Positions 38,495 to 51,600 of a DNA stretch of 56,573 nucleotides are shown one piece after another. The DNA lies in assembly GCA_032718475.1 (NCBI GenBank), contig JAUCBJ010002845.1, forward strand, positions 1 through 56,573. The letters run 5' to 3'. The notes beneath the pieces were generated by a model. It was given only the letters and a program-made list of their open reading frames with translations. It made no database searches and was not told the DNA's origin. This stretch comes from Nemertoderma westbladi. Its lineage: Eukaryota > Animalia > Xenacoelomorpha. Each line of letters begins with the position of its first letter. Within the stretch, counting starts at the first letter, position 1. Made by a program: the position numbers and the translations under genes.

Positions 38495-39653
38495 TGTAAA
38501 GGCTTTTGCGGATCTAACTAGTTATTTTCCCCGCAAAGTACTCTGTAGGTGTTTTAACGGACATAAAAAGCCATTTCTTCTATATGTGTACTTTAGCGGA
38601 CATAACTAACTGTGTACTTTAGCGGACATAACTAGCGATCTTATGTCGCAATAGCCAAAATCCTCTTGACACAGTGTAGTTACTATGACAACGGCTAACA
38701 GCTGATCTGTACACGTGGAGCTTTTCCTTTGTTCTCTGTCGTTTCTTTGTTCGGTCGACCAATCAGAGCGTTTTTTGACTCTGTGTTGGAGGTTGTATAC
38801 AGAAACCCATGAATTGAGTCAGTATGTGTATTTTGTCCACAGCCAGAAGACCGGCTTTGGAACCTCTGTGTTTTCAGTCTTTAGCCCAACATTAGTAGGC
38901 TTAATTATAGAACGTATATCTGTTATCTTAACTAATCATACCATACCAAATCACATATCATAACAATTTATGCCTTAACATTTGTACTGCTATTTACTGT
39001 CGGTTGTTCATTATATCAGTTGAGGGAATATTGTTATATTTGGATAATATCAATCAATAATCAGACACCCCAATCTTCTTGATATACTGAAGGTTAGAGA
39101 GACCAGTTACATATAACGATTGCGACTTACATTAAAGTGGTTTTGGAATGAATCTAATGCTATTTCATAGGCACTACATGTATTGGTTGTTGTTCTCTTT
39201 ATATGTGACTAAAATTAGTGAAGGTCGGCAGATCGGTGTGCAGCATTGTGCAGTATTGTGTATGATTGTGACTGATAACAAAGCATCTCCTAAAGAATGC
39301 GCCATATACGTGAATCCATAGCCATCCCGTTGTGTCTAGATTAAGTCATAACTGTGTTTATATATTTAGAGCGCCACATCCTAAAGGAACTGTTAATATT
39401 TCCCGAAAGTGAATAATATTTGTCAGAGATTATATATTACGATCAGTCGAATAATACAGTAGGCCTACACCGCAATAAGGTTAGGCTTCCGAATCCAGTC
39501 TCCCGGGTATATCCAGCGGGTGAATGGTCGCGCATAGACTGGCTTCGGCTAATGTAGTGTATCAAATACTCGTCATAGGCTAAAGACGATTTATTATCTA
39601 GAAGACATCCCAATTTGGCAGGTTAAACTGCTAAAGGTCTGAAAGTGCGAACA
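38495..39653 (+). repeat. BEL-3 5' LTR (1159 bp)
   Basis: TGTAAAGGC...GCGAACA. Confidence 0.95.
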
Positions 39654-39926
39654 ATAACAGATATAGCTTCTGTGTTGGGTAGGCAATAAAGCTGAAGTAC
39701 CGGTTAACCGGAACCTAGTAGGCCTGACTACCTAACCACCCGGACCAGTACCTACAGCAGTACAGGTACAGCAGTATTATTCGATTTTGATAATTATATA
39801 CCGGTAGGTATTAATAAGTAATCGGGGACGCCTGGTTTTTATTGGGATTTTACTTATTTCTGTCAGTTTTATTTATTTGTAGGCCAATATTGAGCAGAAG
39901 GCGTGTAAGCCTGCTCAGATTGTACA

Positions 39927-40500
39927 GATAATTTGTAGGCTGGACTGTTGTCTGACTGTTGTTAAGTCTGAAGGGACTGTAGTGTGTGTAGAGCGTATGT
40001 CCAAAAAAGTACTAGTTAGGAAAGTAGGGGCTTCCAGTGCTGTGAGGTAAACCCCCTCGAAAGAATAAGTCATACTACTCGGTTAGAACGCATACTAACT
40101 AACCATTTCGGAGTCTGCATATACTGTAGTATATTTAGGCTTGATAGTAGTCTGCCAGTGTTTGGTCTGTATTTTGTTTGTGTAGTTTCTACAGGTAGCG
40201 TAATATTTCTTATTTAGATAATTTGTAGGCTGGATTTTGTCTGGCTGTTGTTAGGTCTGAAGAGATTTCGGTGTGTGTAGAGTGTATGTCCGATAAAGTG
40301 CCAGTTGGGAAAGTAGGGGTTTCCAGTGCTGTGAGGTAAACCCCCTCGAAAGAATAAGTCGTACTACTCGGTTAGAACGCATACTAACTAACCATTTCGG
40401 AGTCTGCATATACCGTAGTTTGTTTAGGCTTGATAGTAGTCTGTCAGCATTTGGTCTGCATTTTGTTTGAGTAGTCTGTACGCATAGCGTAATATTTATT
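39927..40500 (+). repeat. ~291-bp tandem duplication in the BEL-3 leader
   Basis: GATAATTTGTAGGCTGGA... at ~39927 and ~40218, with a conserved core CCAGTGCTGTGAGGTAAACCCCCTCGAAAGAATAAGTC. Confidence 0.88.
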
Positions 40501-41836
40501 ATTCAGAGTTTATGCGATTATTCGCAACATTCATATCCCCAAGTTTATTCCTACAGTAATTGTGCTTGTTATATATACCGTTATAGTTAAACTAACCCCG
40601 GTACTACATCAGGGCTGCTTGGCGTAGGTAAAGACTGGTGATTTTGTGCCCCGGTCACTCCAGCAGATACCGTGGTTCTTTTAGCTGTTCAAGTATTTTT
40701 AACTACTGATTATTGGTTGTATAAGTACTTGTACCTAATTTAGGGTTTAGTGTACAGTGCTTTCCGAGGGTAATTAGTGTGTAGGCAGTATAATTGTGTT
40801 GTAAAGTGGTTAATAGGCACGTTGGTTCTGGTAGACCGCTTTAATTAACTTATAGGTAGGAACACTCCGTGATACATAACGTAGTACTTATAGCGATACG
40901 GCTATAAGTCGTCAGACGGTGGTATTTTCCTATCTGGACAACGCAATATATTTACTACTGCTTGTTATTTTCAAATACTGTAGTATCCTGTTCGTTGTAA
41001 TAACCAGATAATCTAACCCTTTGTTAGGCTGGTTTGTAGACTTCTTGTAAAATTACCCTAAAAATTCGTACGTGTAATTTTTGTGTTTATTTAGAGATTG
41101 TAATCTCACCCCCCGAATTGTAAGTAATTTGTAGTATTAAGTAACTTAGGTAAATTAGAATTATTTGTTTTAGTGTCCAACAAGTAGCACTTCACTGAGA
41201 GCGCACAGCTTCTGTGTAGTGACTCCTTCCCAGAAATAATAACATTTATTTCAAATATTGACAAAACCCATTAAACGGGTATATATATTATAAATCAACT
41301 CAAACGATTTATAAATAGTAGGCCTGCCATACAACAATTAGGTCTCAATATCAATTGGACTACTGCTCAAATAACGGTAATAAAGTAAGTTAAAGTAACC
41401 AAGTAACCCCTAAAATTCAGAAATTCAATTATTCTAAAATAATTGATATACCGGTATTTATAATAGGCTTATTATATTTATTTCTATAAATTTAGGCTGA
41501 AATTATACCGGTATTCTGTAATTAATTCTAGTCCATAATTCTACTTATATATACTATAAGTGTAAGCTGTATACCGGTATTCACGATAGGCCTATTATAT
41601 ATATTTATATATTTGTGCTAAAATTATATACCGGTATTCTGTGACAAACCTAGTCTGTAATAATACTTGTATATATATACTATAAGCATACCGGTATTCT
41701 AATATATTATATATATATATCATGCTACACTGAGTAGCAGTATCGGTAATTAATTACTAGGCTAACAGTTGATACTGAATTACTAGACTTGCTTTGACTG
41801 TAATATAGCAGTAGGCATTCAACTGTACAAACAAAC

Positions 41837-44800
41837 ATGTCTGACACAAAGCAAAACCTGTCAGACAGTCTCCTAGATACAACCATCTGTGACCCTGACA
41901 GGAGTGTGGAACGTGTGAGATCGAAGTTCAACTCACCTCCTACTGTAAGAAAGATCATCCCTCCAGTAGTAATATCAGACCCTAGGCTAGTCCAACATCG
42001 TAGGTCTATCATAGGCACTCGAGCTCAGGTCAAGCGAGACCAAGAAGCAGCGGAACAGCAGCAACACTCGAGCCGAGAACTTATTTCTCAGCGGCCCGAC
42101 AGCTCCAGTAGTGAGGATACTGTAGAGCTGACACCCGAGCACGGAGCAAAGATGGTAGATGCGGTTTATTCGGATCCCCTTCTCATCCTTCCTGCAGCCG
42201 TACTCACTAGGGTATTGATTGCGGTGGAGGAACACCAGATTGATTGGGCGAGAAGTAAGCGATCGACCAAGGATAGTTATGCGGGATATACAAGGGAAGA
42301 ACTGAAGTCTATTGTCGAGTCGCAATGGAACTTCCCCGGACCCGGACTCCCGTTTGACTTATCGGAAGCTGCCTGGGAAGACATACACAGGATGGGAGTA
42401 ACAAAGGAAACCATCGATCCAGCTGTGTGGAAGAGGTCAGCAGCCGGATACGTACAGGGATTCTTCAGCTCCATGGAACGATTAGAGGAACAATTGTTTA
42501 GACAACCACAAGGACCTCAAGAGCAGGGAGAGCTGCTTTATCAAGTTAGAGAAAGAATTCTAAGAATCAGACTAATCTTATCTGCCTTTGAGGAGGCTTC
42601 AAAAAGAAGACAAGACACGTCGTTGCAAGTTGCCGTAAAGACTTGGTTACAGCGGGTGAGTCTCCAAGTTCAAAGAACTGCCCCGTGGAAATCTCAGTTG
42701 GATGAGCGCTCAACCCATGGAGAATCAACAGACGCTACCTTTTCCCAAGTGGAAAGTGAAGCGACAGCAGAGAAACCGCATAAGAGGGATGCTATTGACA
42801 TCTATCTGTCAGACTATCAACGCTTTGTAGGTGATGAAGAGTTGAGGAGAAGGCTGGATGGACTTAGCCCTAATAGTGAAGGAGCCAAGCTTGTGTTGGA
42901 CGCAATCGATGCGGATATGAGAGCTGCGAACCAAGCTAAATTTGATGAACGCCTCCGCATCGCTCTAGAGTCCAAGAAGAACAAGTAAAGAAAAAACGTA
43001 TAGAAGACAGAAAGATAGCAGCAGCGGCAGCAGCAGAGGCAGAAGCAGAAAGAAAAGTGGCAGAAGTGGAAAGAAAAGCGGCAGAGGCAGCGGCAGAGGC
43101 AAAAGTGGCAGCGGCAGAGGCAAAAGCGGCAGCGGCAGAGGCAAAAGCGGCAGCGGCAGAATCAGAAAGAAAAGCGGCAGCGGCAGCAGTAGAAGCGGAA
43201 AGAAAGCGAGCAGTGGCAGAAGCAGAACGAAGAGCATCTGAAGAGACCACCCAACTAGAGTTGGAAAATATTCAAGAGAATCAAGACTGCATAAATAAAC
43301 AGTTAACAGCTAGTCAAATGCAGATGATGAGTCGATCTACCCCCAAAAGACAGGGATATACATCATCTGAGGAAGGCGATACAACCGATACTGAAGGCGG
43401 AGGAAATAGATCTCATCTAAGCAGACGTAGAAGAATATCCCACCGTCAGAAATTGCCTGATTTGCCCCCAGCTGTTAGAAGGCAACTAAGTAACACAAAC
43501 TTAGGTAGTACAGAACCCACAGACCAAATAATTAACATAGAAAGACTCCCTACTATAGTAGATGAGCCTGAAATAATTAGGCCTGTTCTCGAAGCCACCC
43601 CTTCGGTGCTAGAGACACCTGTACTCCCTGAACCTACCTCTAAATTCCCTCTGCACAGCACTAAGCTACCTGTGCCCCACAGAACCACCCCTGAAAATGT
43701 TCATGTCCTGGACTCCGAGCGAAATATTAATGATTTGTCGCCCGTTGTCTCTCGTCCTCCCGCTACAATGTTGGCGCCTCCCGCTTCGGCGGTCGAGTGG
43801 GTAGATGAGGGACGACGGGAGATGGGTCTCCTGCTCGGGCAGCTGAGGGAACACCGTTCTTGCTCCTCTCAGCAGGTCCAGGAGATGGGGGAGACTGTGC
43901 AGCAGTTAAAGGGAACAATTAGAGAGGGTAGGTTAGAGTTGCAAGAAGTGCAGCAAAGTATTGCGTTAGAACGCGACAAACTAGTAAATCTCCAAAAGAG
44001 TATACCACCACCCCCTGTAACAATGTGTCAACCTGTTAGGTCTGTCAACCTGTTAGGCTTTAAAGTTTATTGGACATCCAGATGGATTAAGAAAAGTTTG
44101 GGATACACTAAACATCAGGTATGGTAATAGGTATGGTAATGGCTAATATGATATGGTAATAGGACTAACATAGCTAGGTATTTATATGCGAAATTAATGG
44201 CGCCCCGAAAGTTTCTTAGCAGCGGGATTATAGAGTTTTCCGACGAGATTCAGGAGATCTGTAGACAACTAGATTGGTTAGGTAAGTCTCATGAATACCA
44301 GAATTCTATGGTTGTAGGAGCCTTAGCATCTACTTTGCCCAAGGGTGGAGTAGGTACACGCTGGGACAAGAAAGTGTTATATATGATGGAACAACAACGA
44401 AGAGACCCTACCATGGCTGATCTCATGTCATTCTTAGATGGAGAGGTAAAATTACAGCTCCTAAAGCAGTCCAGAGAGAAGACACCTGAAAATAAGGTAA
44501 GTGAGAAACCCGTTTCTAGGAGAAAGGTAATACCAGTGTGTTATACAGACGACGGCGTAAGCCAGGCTTCTCAAGAGGAAGACAGCGGGAAAGACACTGA
44601 AAGATCTTACTATGACAACAAAGCGACTAAGGGCGTAAGTAAATTCAAGTCTCGAACCAATGACAGGAGAGAACAGGTAAGAAAAACTCCTCCTACGTCT
44701 CCTAAGAGAATTCACGTAAGAAAGCCCGAAGAAAGAACGAGTGTGCACAACGTTACTCAAAGTAAGGTAAGTAACATCAAACCAAAATGTGTGCTGTGCC

Positions 44801-46531
44801 GCTGGGCCCCACCGTTTAAATGCGTGTGATGAATTCCTGAGGAAATCACTAAAGGACAGACGTGAAGTCATGTGGGATAAGCGGTTGTGTTATAATTGCC
44901 TCAGACAAGGACACCAACGGCGAACCTGTTACTCCGACGCAAGGTGTGCAAAGTGCGGTGCGAAACATCATATCTTGTTGCACACTGAATTCGAGCGAAA
45001 CAGCCCGAGTCAGGTAAGTGAGTACGAACTACATGTCCAATTCAGTGATGTGAATGACACTGACCAAAGTTCTGAGATGGAAGGATTCTATACAGACGAA
45101 TTCTCCGACGAAGACGAATTCTGTTACATGATAAATACCGCAGTGTATCGAGCACTTACGTATGAAAAGGACACCGACAGCGAGCTCACCCTAACTACTT
45201 CTGATCGACAACCATCTTGGAAAGCACCAACTTCCAATGTAGGAATCCGAGAGTTTCCTGTGGTGCAGTTGAGGGTCCACGGACCTAAAAGGAGTTATAT
45301 AGTGAACGCCCTCCTTGACTCCGGCGGTAGCACAGGAACATTCATCGACAAAGAACTAGCCGAAGACATCTTTGCTGGACAACCCAAGTTCCGAACTAAG
45401 TTAAACATGTCAGGAATTATGCAGGTTTGGAAATCTACAGTAATAGCGGATTATTATGTAGGTGCGTTGTCCACCCCCCAGGATGAACTAGGAGAACACA
45501 GCATAAGGTCAGTAAAAATGGTGGCGATAAAGAACTTCGCTACCAGCCAAGTAGAACCTTATAACTGTGATGAGGACGATTTCACCCAGCGGCTTAATAT
45601 ACCTAGATTCAACACAGATTACCCTGGAGTGCAAATACTCATCGGCCAAAATGCGCATGAGGCGCTTGAGACATTGGAGAAACGGCCTGCTCAACCGCAA
45701 CCGCTACAAGCCTATGCGGGAAGAACTAGAGTGGGTTGGTACTTTACTGGCCCTTCCCGTAGAACTCTCATGGAAAGATTACCAAAAGAACAGGTATATC
45801 AATTAAGTGAATGGGAAGTGGAGAGCAGTGAAGTTGACGACCCAACTGAGGGAACACCATACTCCTCAGATAATGACGATATTAACTCCAATGTAGATCA
45901 ATGGAGACATTGCCCCGAGACGATTAATCTAGCCGACATCGCTTACAGAGGAGCAACTCCTCAAGAACTGACAGATACTCCAGACTGGTTAGGTGGGCCC
46001 GACTTCCTAAGTAAAGAAGATGAATGGCCTCCCCATCTTACCACGGCTGAGATTAGACAGGCCAAGGGAGCGGAGAAAGTCAAACCTAAAACCCGGACGA
46101 GTGGATCAAGGTTGTTTGAACCCGGGATAGATCTGTCTGTAATACACATTGCCAGGGACGACGCTGTGGATCTAAACTCCCCCACCGCGAACCGATCTGT
46201 TGTGGAGATCAGAGAGAGAGACTGGAGATCTGGAACACCAGACGTCTTGCCAGGATTCTCACCTCTCCTGCCGGGAGCGATGGACCACTATAGATCCTGG
46301 AATCGGCTTTGTAAGGCCGTCGTGTATTTGAAGCGATGTTTCTATCGTCACTATTCCAGGACGAAGAGGAAACCTGGAATTGTCTTCGAGATACAGCAGC
46401 TCAATCGCCCAGTTGGTCGTTTATGTTTACTGGAACGAGACCGAGAACTGTCCGGAAACTATGGAAGGCAAGATACTCTTCCCACGACCACCTCCCTAAT
46501 CCAACAAACATCTAGGGACTCCCCAACGTAA
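41837..46531 (+). pseudogene. BEL-3 gag-protease fused by deletion to the RNase H C-terminal part; RT and integrase missing
   Basis: Long gag with an Ala/Glu/Lys repeat. BEL triple knuckle (CVLC..H..C, CYNCLRQGH...C, CAKCGAKHHILLH). Protease ALLDSGG; TRVGW. Then QWRHCPETINLADIAYRG..WLGGPDFL. Confidence 0.9.
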
Positions 46532-48167
46532 CAGCGTCTGGAGTGGGTATGTGACTATATTATTTTATATTTGTTTTTATTATTTTTTATTTATGTATGT
46601 ATTATTATGTAATTTTATTATAATCGTTTTCTTTAATTTTAATTAGTAGAATGTTATTTTAGCGATTATTTAGTAGATTAGTGCAATATATATTCGCGTT
46701 TATTACTTAATTACTTATATATTATATATTTAGTGCGACGGCGAGAAACAATTCTTTTTCTCTTTCCTTACTGTCCGTATTACATTATAAATACGTAACT
46801 ACAGTAAGATGAAATATCCGTACTTATTAAAGTACAATAAAGCTCCTACTATATTCAAGTATTATTGGTAAGTAGAGTATTAGGAATGCAAAATTCAGAT
46901 CCTCGTGTCTCGGCTAAACCAAGCTCTGGGTAGACCTTGGAAACGACTTGCCTCTTCTCACTGACATTGCTTCGTGCGATATTGCTCTCATACCGTATCT
47001 TAAATAATACATATAGTAGCGTGATGTCCCTTTAACAGTAGCGTACAACGCAAAAATAAATCTGTTAAACCCTTTGACCATCTGTAATTCTAGTCGATTA
47101 AGATATCGCGGCACCCACCGATATACTTGAAAGACAAAATTCTAGAATCAGTGGTTAACGTCCCCAGACATGTTCTGGAATAAACTGGTGCCCATCCTAA
47201 ATATTAATTATTAATATTTACAAAATCTGTCAAATTTTAGATCCTTTAAAATTCTAGTCTATTAAGATATCGTAGCACTTACCGATATTCTTAAAAGGAC
47301 CAATTTCCTAGAATCAAGGATCCTAGTCCCCAGACATGTTCTGGAATAAAATTGTGTCTATTTCATATTAAATAATAAAATTTACGGGATTAAATTTAAA
47401 TTCATGTTTTAATGAATTTGATAAATTGTCATCTTTATACAATTTATAACATTCCCAAAATTCCATTAATTAATAGATCATAGGAGCGGAGATGCACTCT
47501 ATTAAGTGTATTAGTTTGCGAGAATCTCCAATATATAGTCAATAGCCGATAAAATTCATAAAATCATGTATAAAGAGGAATATTGACAATTAAAGAATTA
47601 CTATTAAATAGCATCCCAGATCTGTATGCTTGGGAATTACCCTAATTCTACCGCTAGCTTTCCATAATGTCACCATGGCAACAACCACGCTAGAATTAGA
47701 AGTGAGTTAAAAGAACAATAAAGCTTGCCCATTGAATAGCATAAGGAATAAATAGCACACTGCTAGTATCCCAGGATACCCAATAATAACGTGGCATTCT
47801 GGAAGGCACTGACTAACGGACAAATGGCCCGAATGTGTGCGATTTATGACAGTTGTGTGGAATTTGTGCGTTTATAGGTGAATGTTACTACTAAAGTGTG
47901 TTTACAGTAGCGAGTCGCAATTGTGAAAGTAACCCTAACTCTCCAGTAAGAACCTGAAGTAAATCTAAGCCTTTGGGACGGATGGTGGAGTGACTCGCGC
48001 TGGTTGTTGTGGTCGTTGTGCAGCTACGACGTTGGCGATAGGCACATCGGCGAAAGTACACCAGCGCTGAGGATCTTGCGCTGTCCGGGGGCCGAGAGGG
48101 GTAGGCAGCGACGCCCGCTAGCCCAAATATAAACTCATTATAATATTGATAAACTCATATAGCAGAT

Positions 48168-49680
48168 ATGACTGAGTTGATAGAAGATGATCTTGGTATC
48201 AGGGAGCGATATACTCTACCTTTACAAGCGTTTGTTGATAGCTTGATACGCGGCGACGCTGGTCCAACTACTACGGAGGACGATGATCGTTATATCGAAC
48301 CGCCAATGTCTCAGGAGCAACTTACGCGTGAATTGGACTATAGAAAATCCACCGCTCGCTATACGCATCGTAATGGTACATATATGGTCATCCGGCCATC
48401 CTATCGATTTACACGATACGGACGATGTAGACACCGAAAGGGAAATGGTTTTATTTAAATATCCTACCCAGCGGAGGCGGAACGATAAACCGAGAATGGA
48501 ACACGAGAATTCTATTCGAAACAGACTCGAAGGAGAAGACATTGAAGAGCCGGATAAACGCAGCGACTTCAACGATTATCTGGAATTCCTGAGAGAAACA
48601 TATCTCAATATTGCCAATCAACAAAATCCAGAAACTCGATATCCTCAAGGTATACATCATGATCCTATGATAGAACTCAAATGACTCTATTTCACTATGA
48701 TGTATCTTACCGCCGATCGACCGCTACCTGTCATCCCAGATAGCTTCGAACAGATGGAGGAATATTGTAAAACCGAATAAATATCACCCGCGTTTCCCCT
48801 ATAAGACGTGCGTCTTTGGTATTATTGCGATGAATGCCCAAGACCCAACCAACAAACGGAAAGACATAAACATCCGCGGAGACGTTGCTTTAAACACGGT
48901 TTTACTCGCTATATTTACGGGAGTTTCGAGCGAAACTTGTTCGATGTATCACCGACGCTCGCTCAACTCAAACGATCCTTAAATAAACCTATGATCCGAG
49001 TTCCGGAATACTCGGTCAGACCTCCTCATTCCCTAGTTAGACCTCAGACTCTTGATCCTAATAGTATCATGGATCCTCCCGAACTGTACTCACTGTTCAA
49101 AGATCTAGTGCTACCCGAACAGTTAGTCGGTGGCACTCCGGTTGTGGGCTCCCTAAATATTCGCCCATCTTACCAAGTCAGATTGGGACGCGGACATCTA
49201 ATATCGCCATTCAACCGTATCATCGTCCCTGTTTAACCCGATACAACCTGTCACCGAAGCGGAGGAAAGAGTTGTACGAAACGCGTTGGACACTATTCGT
49301 CAAAAGATCGGAAAATGAACCTACAATTGCTTAGAGAAACGTAAATTGCAACAGCAAGTCCAAGCGGTAAACGAAGTAATTTTATCTCAGTTCTATCAGG
49401 AAATTCAGAATCTCTAAGAAGATATCGAACTTGGACGACCCTATTCTCTGCAAGAGTTTTGGACGAACGCATCCAACGATAAGCGGAGGAAAATCAGCTC
49501 GAGGAGAAGCATATCGAAATGGACGAGACATCGACCGTAACCCTAAACCTTCAGATGCAATTGTATTGCACCCTTTACTCAGGAGTTATGGCCCTCCTAG
49601 TAAAGTGGCTCGCCCCAAAGAGAAAAGGACTCTTGCTAGCCTCCAAAAAACTGCGTAAACGCCGTCCGCGCAAGAAAAAC
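48168..49680 (+). pseudogene. Possible accessory ORF of unknown function in the BEL-3 3' region
   Basis: Coding-like island in AT-rich DNA. ORFs 48283-48684 and 48808-49236 are in the same frame, separated by three stops. ATG at 48168 directly follows a CAG. Confidence 0.5.
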
Positions 49681-49761
49681 TAACTGTTTAGAGTATTTTT
49701 ATATTTTAGAAACTGTGATTTTTTATATTTTATAGAATTAAATCCCATTTTCTGGGAGCGG

Positions 49762-50960
49762 TTTAAAGGCTTTTGCGGATCTAACTAGTTATTTTCCCCG
49801 CAAAGTACTCTGTAGGTGTTTTAACGGACATAAAAAGCCGTTTCCTTACTGTACCGGTGTTTTAGTGGACATAAAAGCCATTTCTTCTATATGTGTACTT
49901 TAGCGGACATAACTAACTGTGTACTTTAGCGGACATAACTAGCGATCTTATGTCGCAATAGCCAAAAGCCTCTTGACACAGTGTAGTTACTATGACGACG
50001 GCTAACAGCTGATCTGTACACGTGGAGCTTTTCCTTTGTTCTCTGTCGTTTCTTTGATCGGTCGACCAATCAGAGCGTTTTTTGACTCTGTGTTGGAGGT
50101 TGTATACAGAAACCCATGAATTGAGTCAGTATGTGTATTTTGTCCACAGCCAGAAGACCGGCTTTGGAACCTCTGTGTTTTCAGTCTTTAGCCCAACATT
50201 AGTAGGCTTAATTATAGAACGTATATCTGTTATCTTAACTAATCATACCATACCAAATCACATATCATAACAATTTATGCCTTAACATTTGTACTGCTAT
50301 TTACTGTCGGTTGTTCATTATATCAGTTGAGGGAATATTGTTATATTTGGATAATATCAATCAATAATCAGACACCCCAATCTTCTTGATATACTGAAGG
50401 TTAGAGAGACCGGTTACATATAACGATTGCGACTTACATTAAAGTGGTTTTGGAATGAATCTAATGCTATTTCATAGGCACTACATGTATTGGTTGTTGT
50501 TCTCTTTATATGTGACTAAAATTAGTGAAGGTCGGCAGATCGGTGTGCAGCATTGTGCAGTATTGTGTATGATTGTGACTGATAACAAAGCATCTCCTAA
50601 AGAATGCGCCATATACGTGAATCCATAGCCATCCCGTTGTGTCTAGTTTAAGTCATAACTCTGTTTACATATTTAGAGCGCCACGTCCTAAAGGAACTGT
50701 TAATATTTCCCGAAAGTGAATAATATTTGTCAGAGATTATATATTACGATCAGTCGAATAATACAGTAGGCCTACACCGCAATAAGGTTAGGCTTCCGAA
50801 TCCAGTCTCCCGGGTATATCCAGCGGGTGAATGGTCGCGCATAGACTGGCTTCGGCTAATGTAGTGTATCAAATACTCGTCATAGGCTAAAGACGATTTA
50901 TTATCTAGAAGACATCCCAATTTGGCAGGTTAAACTGCTAAAGGTCTGAAAGCGCGAACA
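49762..50960 (+). repeat. BEL-3 3' LTR (1199 bp)
   Basis: TTTAAAGGC...GCGAACA. About 1% substitutions by eye, plus one extra ~40-bp internal repeat unit. Confidence 0.95.
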
Positions 50961-51169
50961 AGGAGGGTGGTAGGAAAGTGTTGCCTATTGGAAGGGTCAC
51001 CTTAAGAGTTTAGTCGTCCAATATGTTGGACTGAGGGGGGTGGGAATGAGGGCGAGACGCCCTTCCCACACATAGAAAATATAAAAAATAAAACACGCAA
51101 ATAATAAAATAAGTAGTAAGATAGTAGAAAGTAATAATAGTACGTAGTACTAAGTAAAGTACATAGCAT

Positions 51170-51600
51170 ATACCGTAGAGGTTGTGGGCACCGAGAGCAC
51201 CACATAGTAAGAGAGTAAAGGGTATGGTATTTAGTTATACCATAGAAGTAGTTGTAGGGTACATAGTACCGCAGAGGTTGTGGGCACCGAGAGCGCCACG
51301 TAATAAGAGAGTAAAGGATATGGTATGTAGGTATACCATAGAAGTAGTTGTAGGGTATATAGTACCGCAGAGGTTGTGGGCACCGAGAGCGCCACGTAGT
51401 AAGAGAGTAAAGGGTATGGTATGTAGGCATACCATAGTAGCAGGTAGTAGGTTACATAGTACCATATAAGTTAGAAGTTGTGGGCACCGAGAGCGCCATG
51501 TAGTAAGAAAGTAAAGGGTATGTAGGCATACCATAGTAGCAGTAGTAGGGTACATAGTACCATAGAAGTTAGAAGTTGTGGGCACTGAGGGCGCCACGTG
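51170..51600 (+). repeat. ~96-bp tandem repeat (4-5 copies) in the BEL-2 3' region
   Basis: TACC...GTTGTGGGCAC unit starts at 51171, 51267, 51363, 51460 and 51558. Confidence 0.9.

Larger units (their letters stand above)
38495..50960 (+). mobile_element. BEL/Pao LTR retrotransposon (BEL-3), non-autonomous, inserted in the end of BEL-2 pol
   Basis: LTRs 38495-39653 and 49762-50960. Perfect TSD AGGAG (38490-38494, 50961-50965). The BEL-2 reading frame resumes after the TSD. Confidence 0.95.

Noticed and set aside
38715-38963. Duplicated small ORF (also 50082-50270)
   Set aside because: It lies within the paired BEL-3 LTRs, so LTR identity explains the duplication.
51170-51600. Hammerhead ribozyme or retrozyme in the tandem repeats
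   Set aside because: No CUGANGA/GAAA catalytic core was seen in the units.
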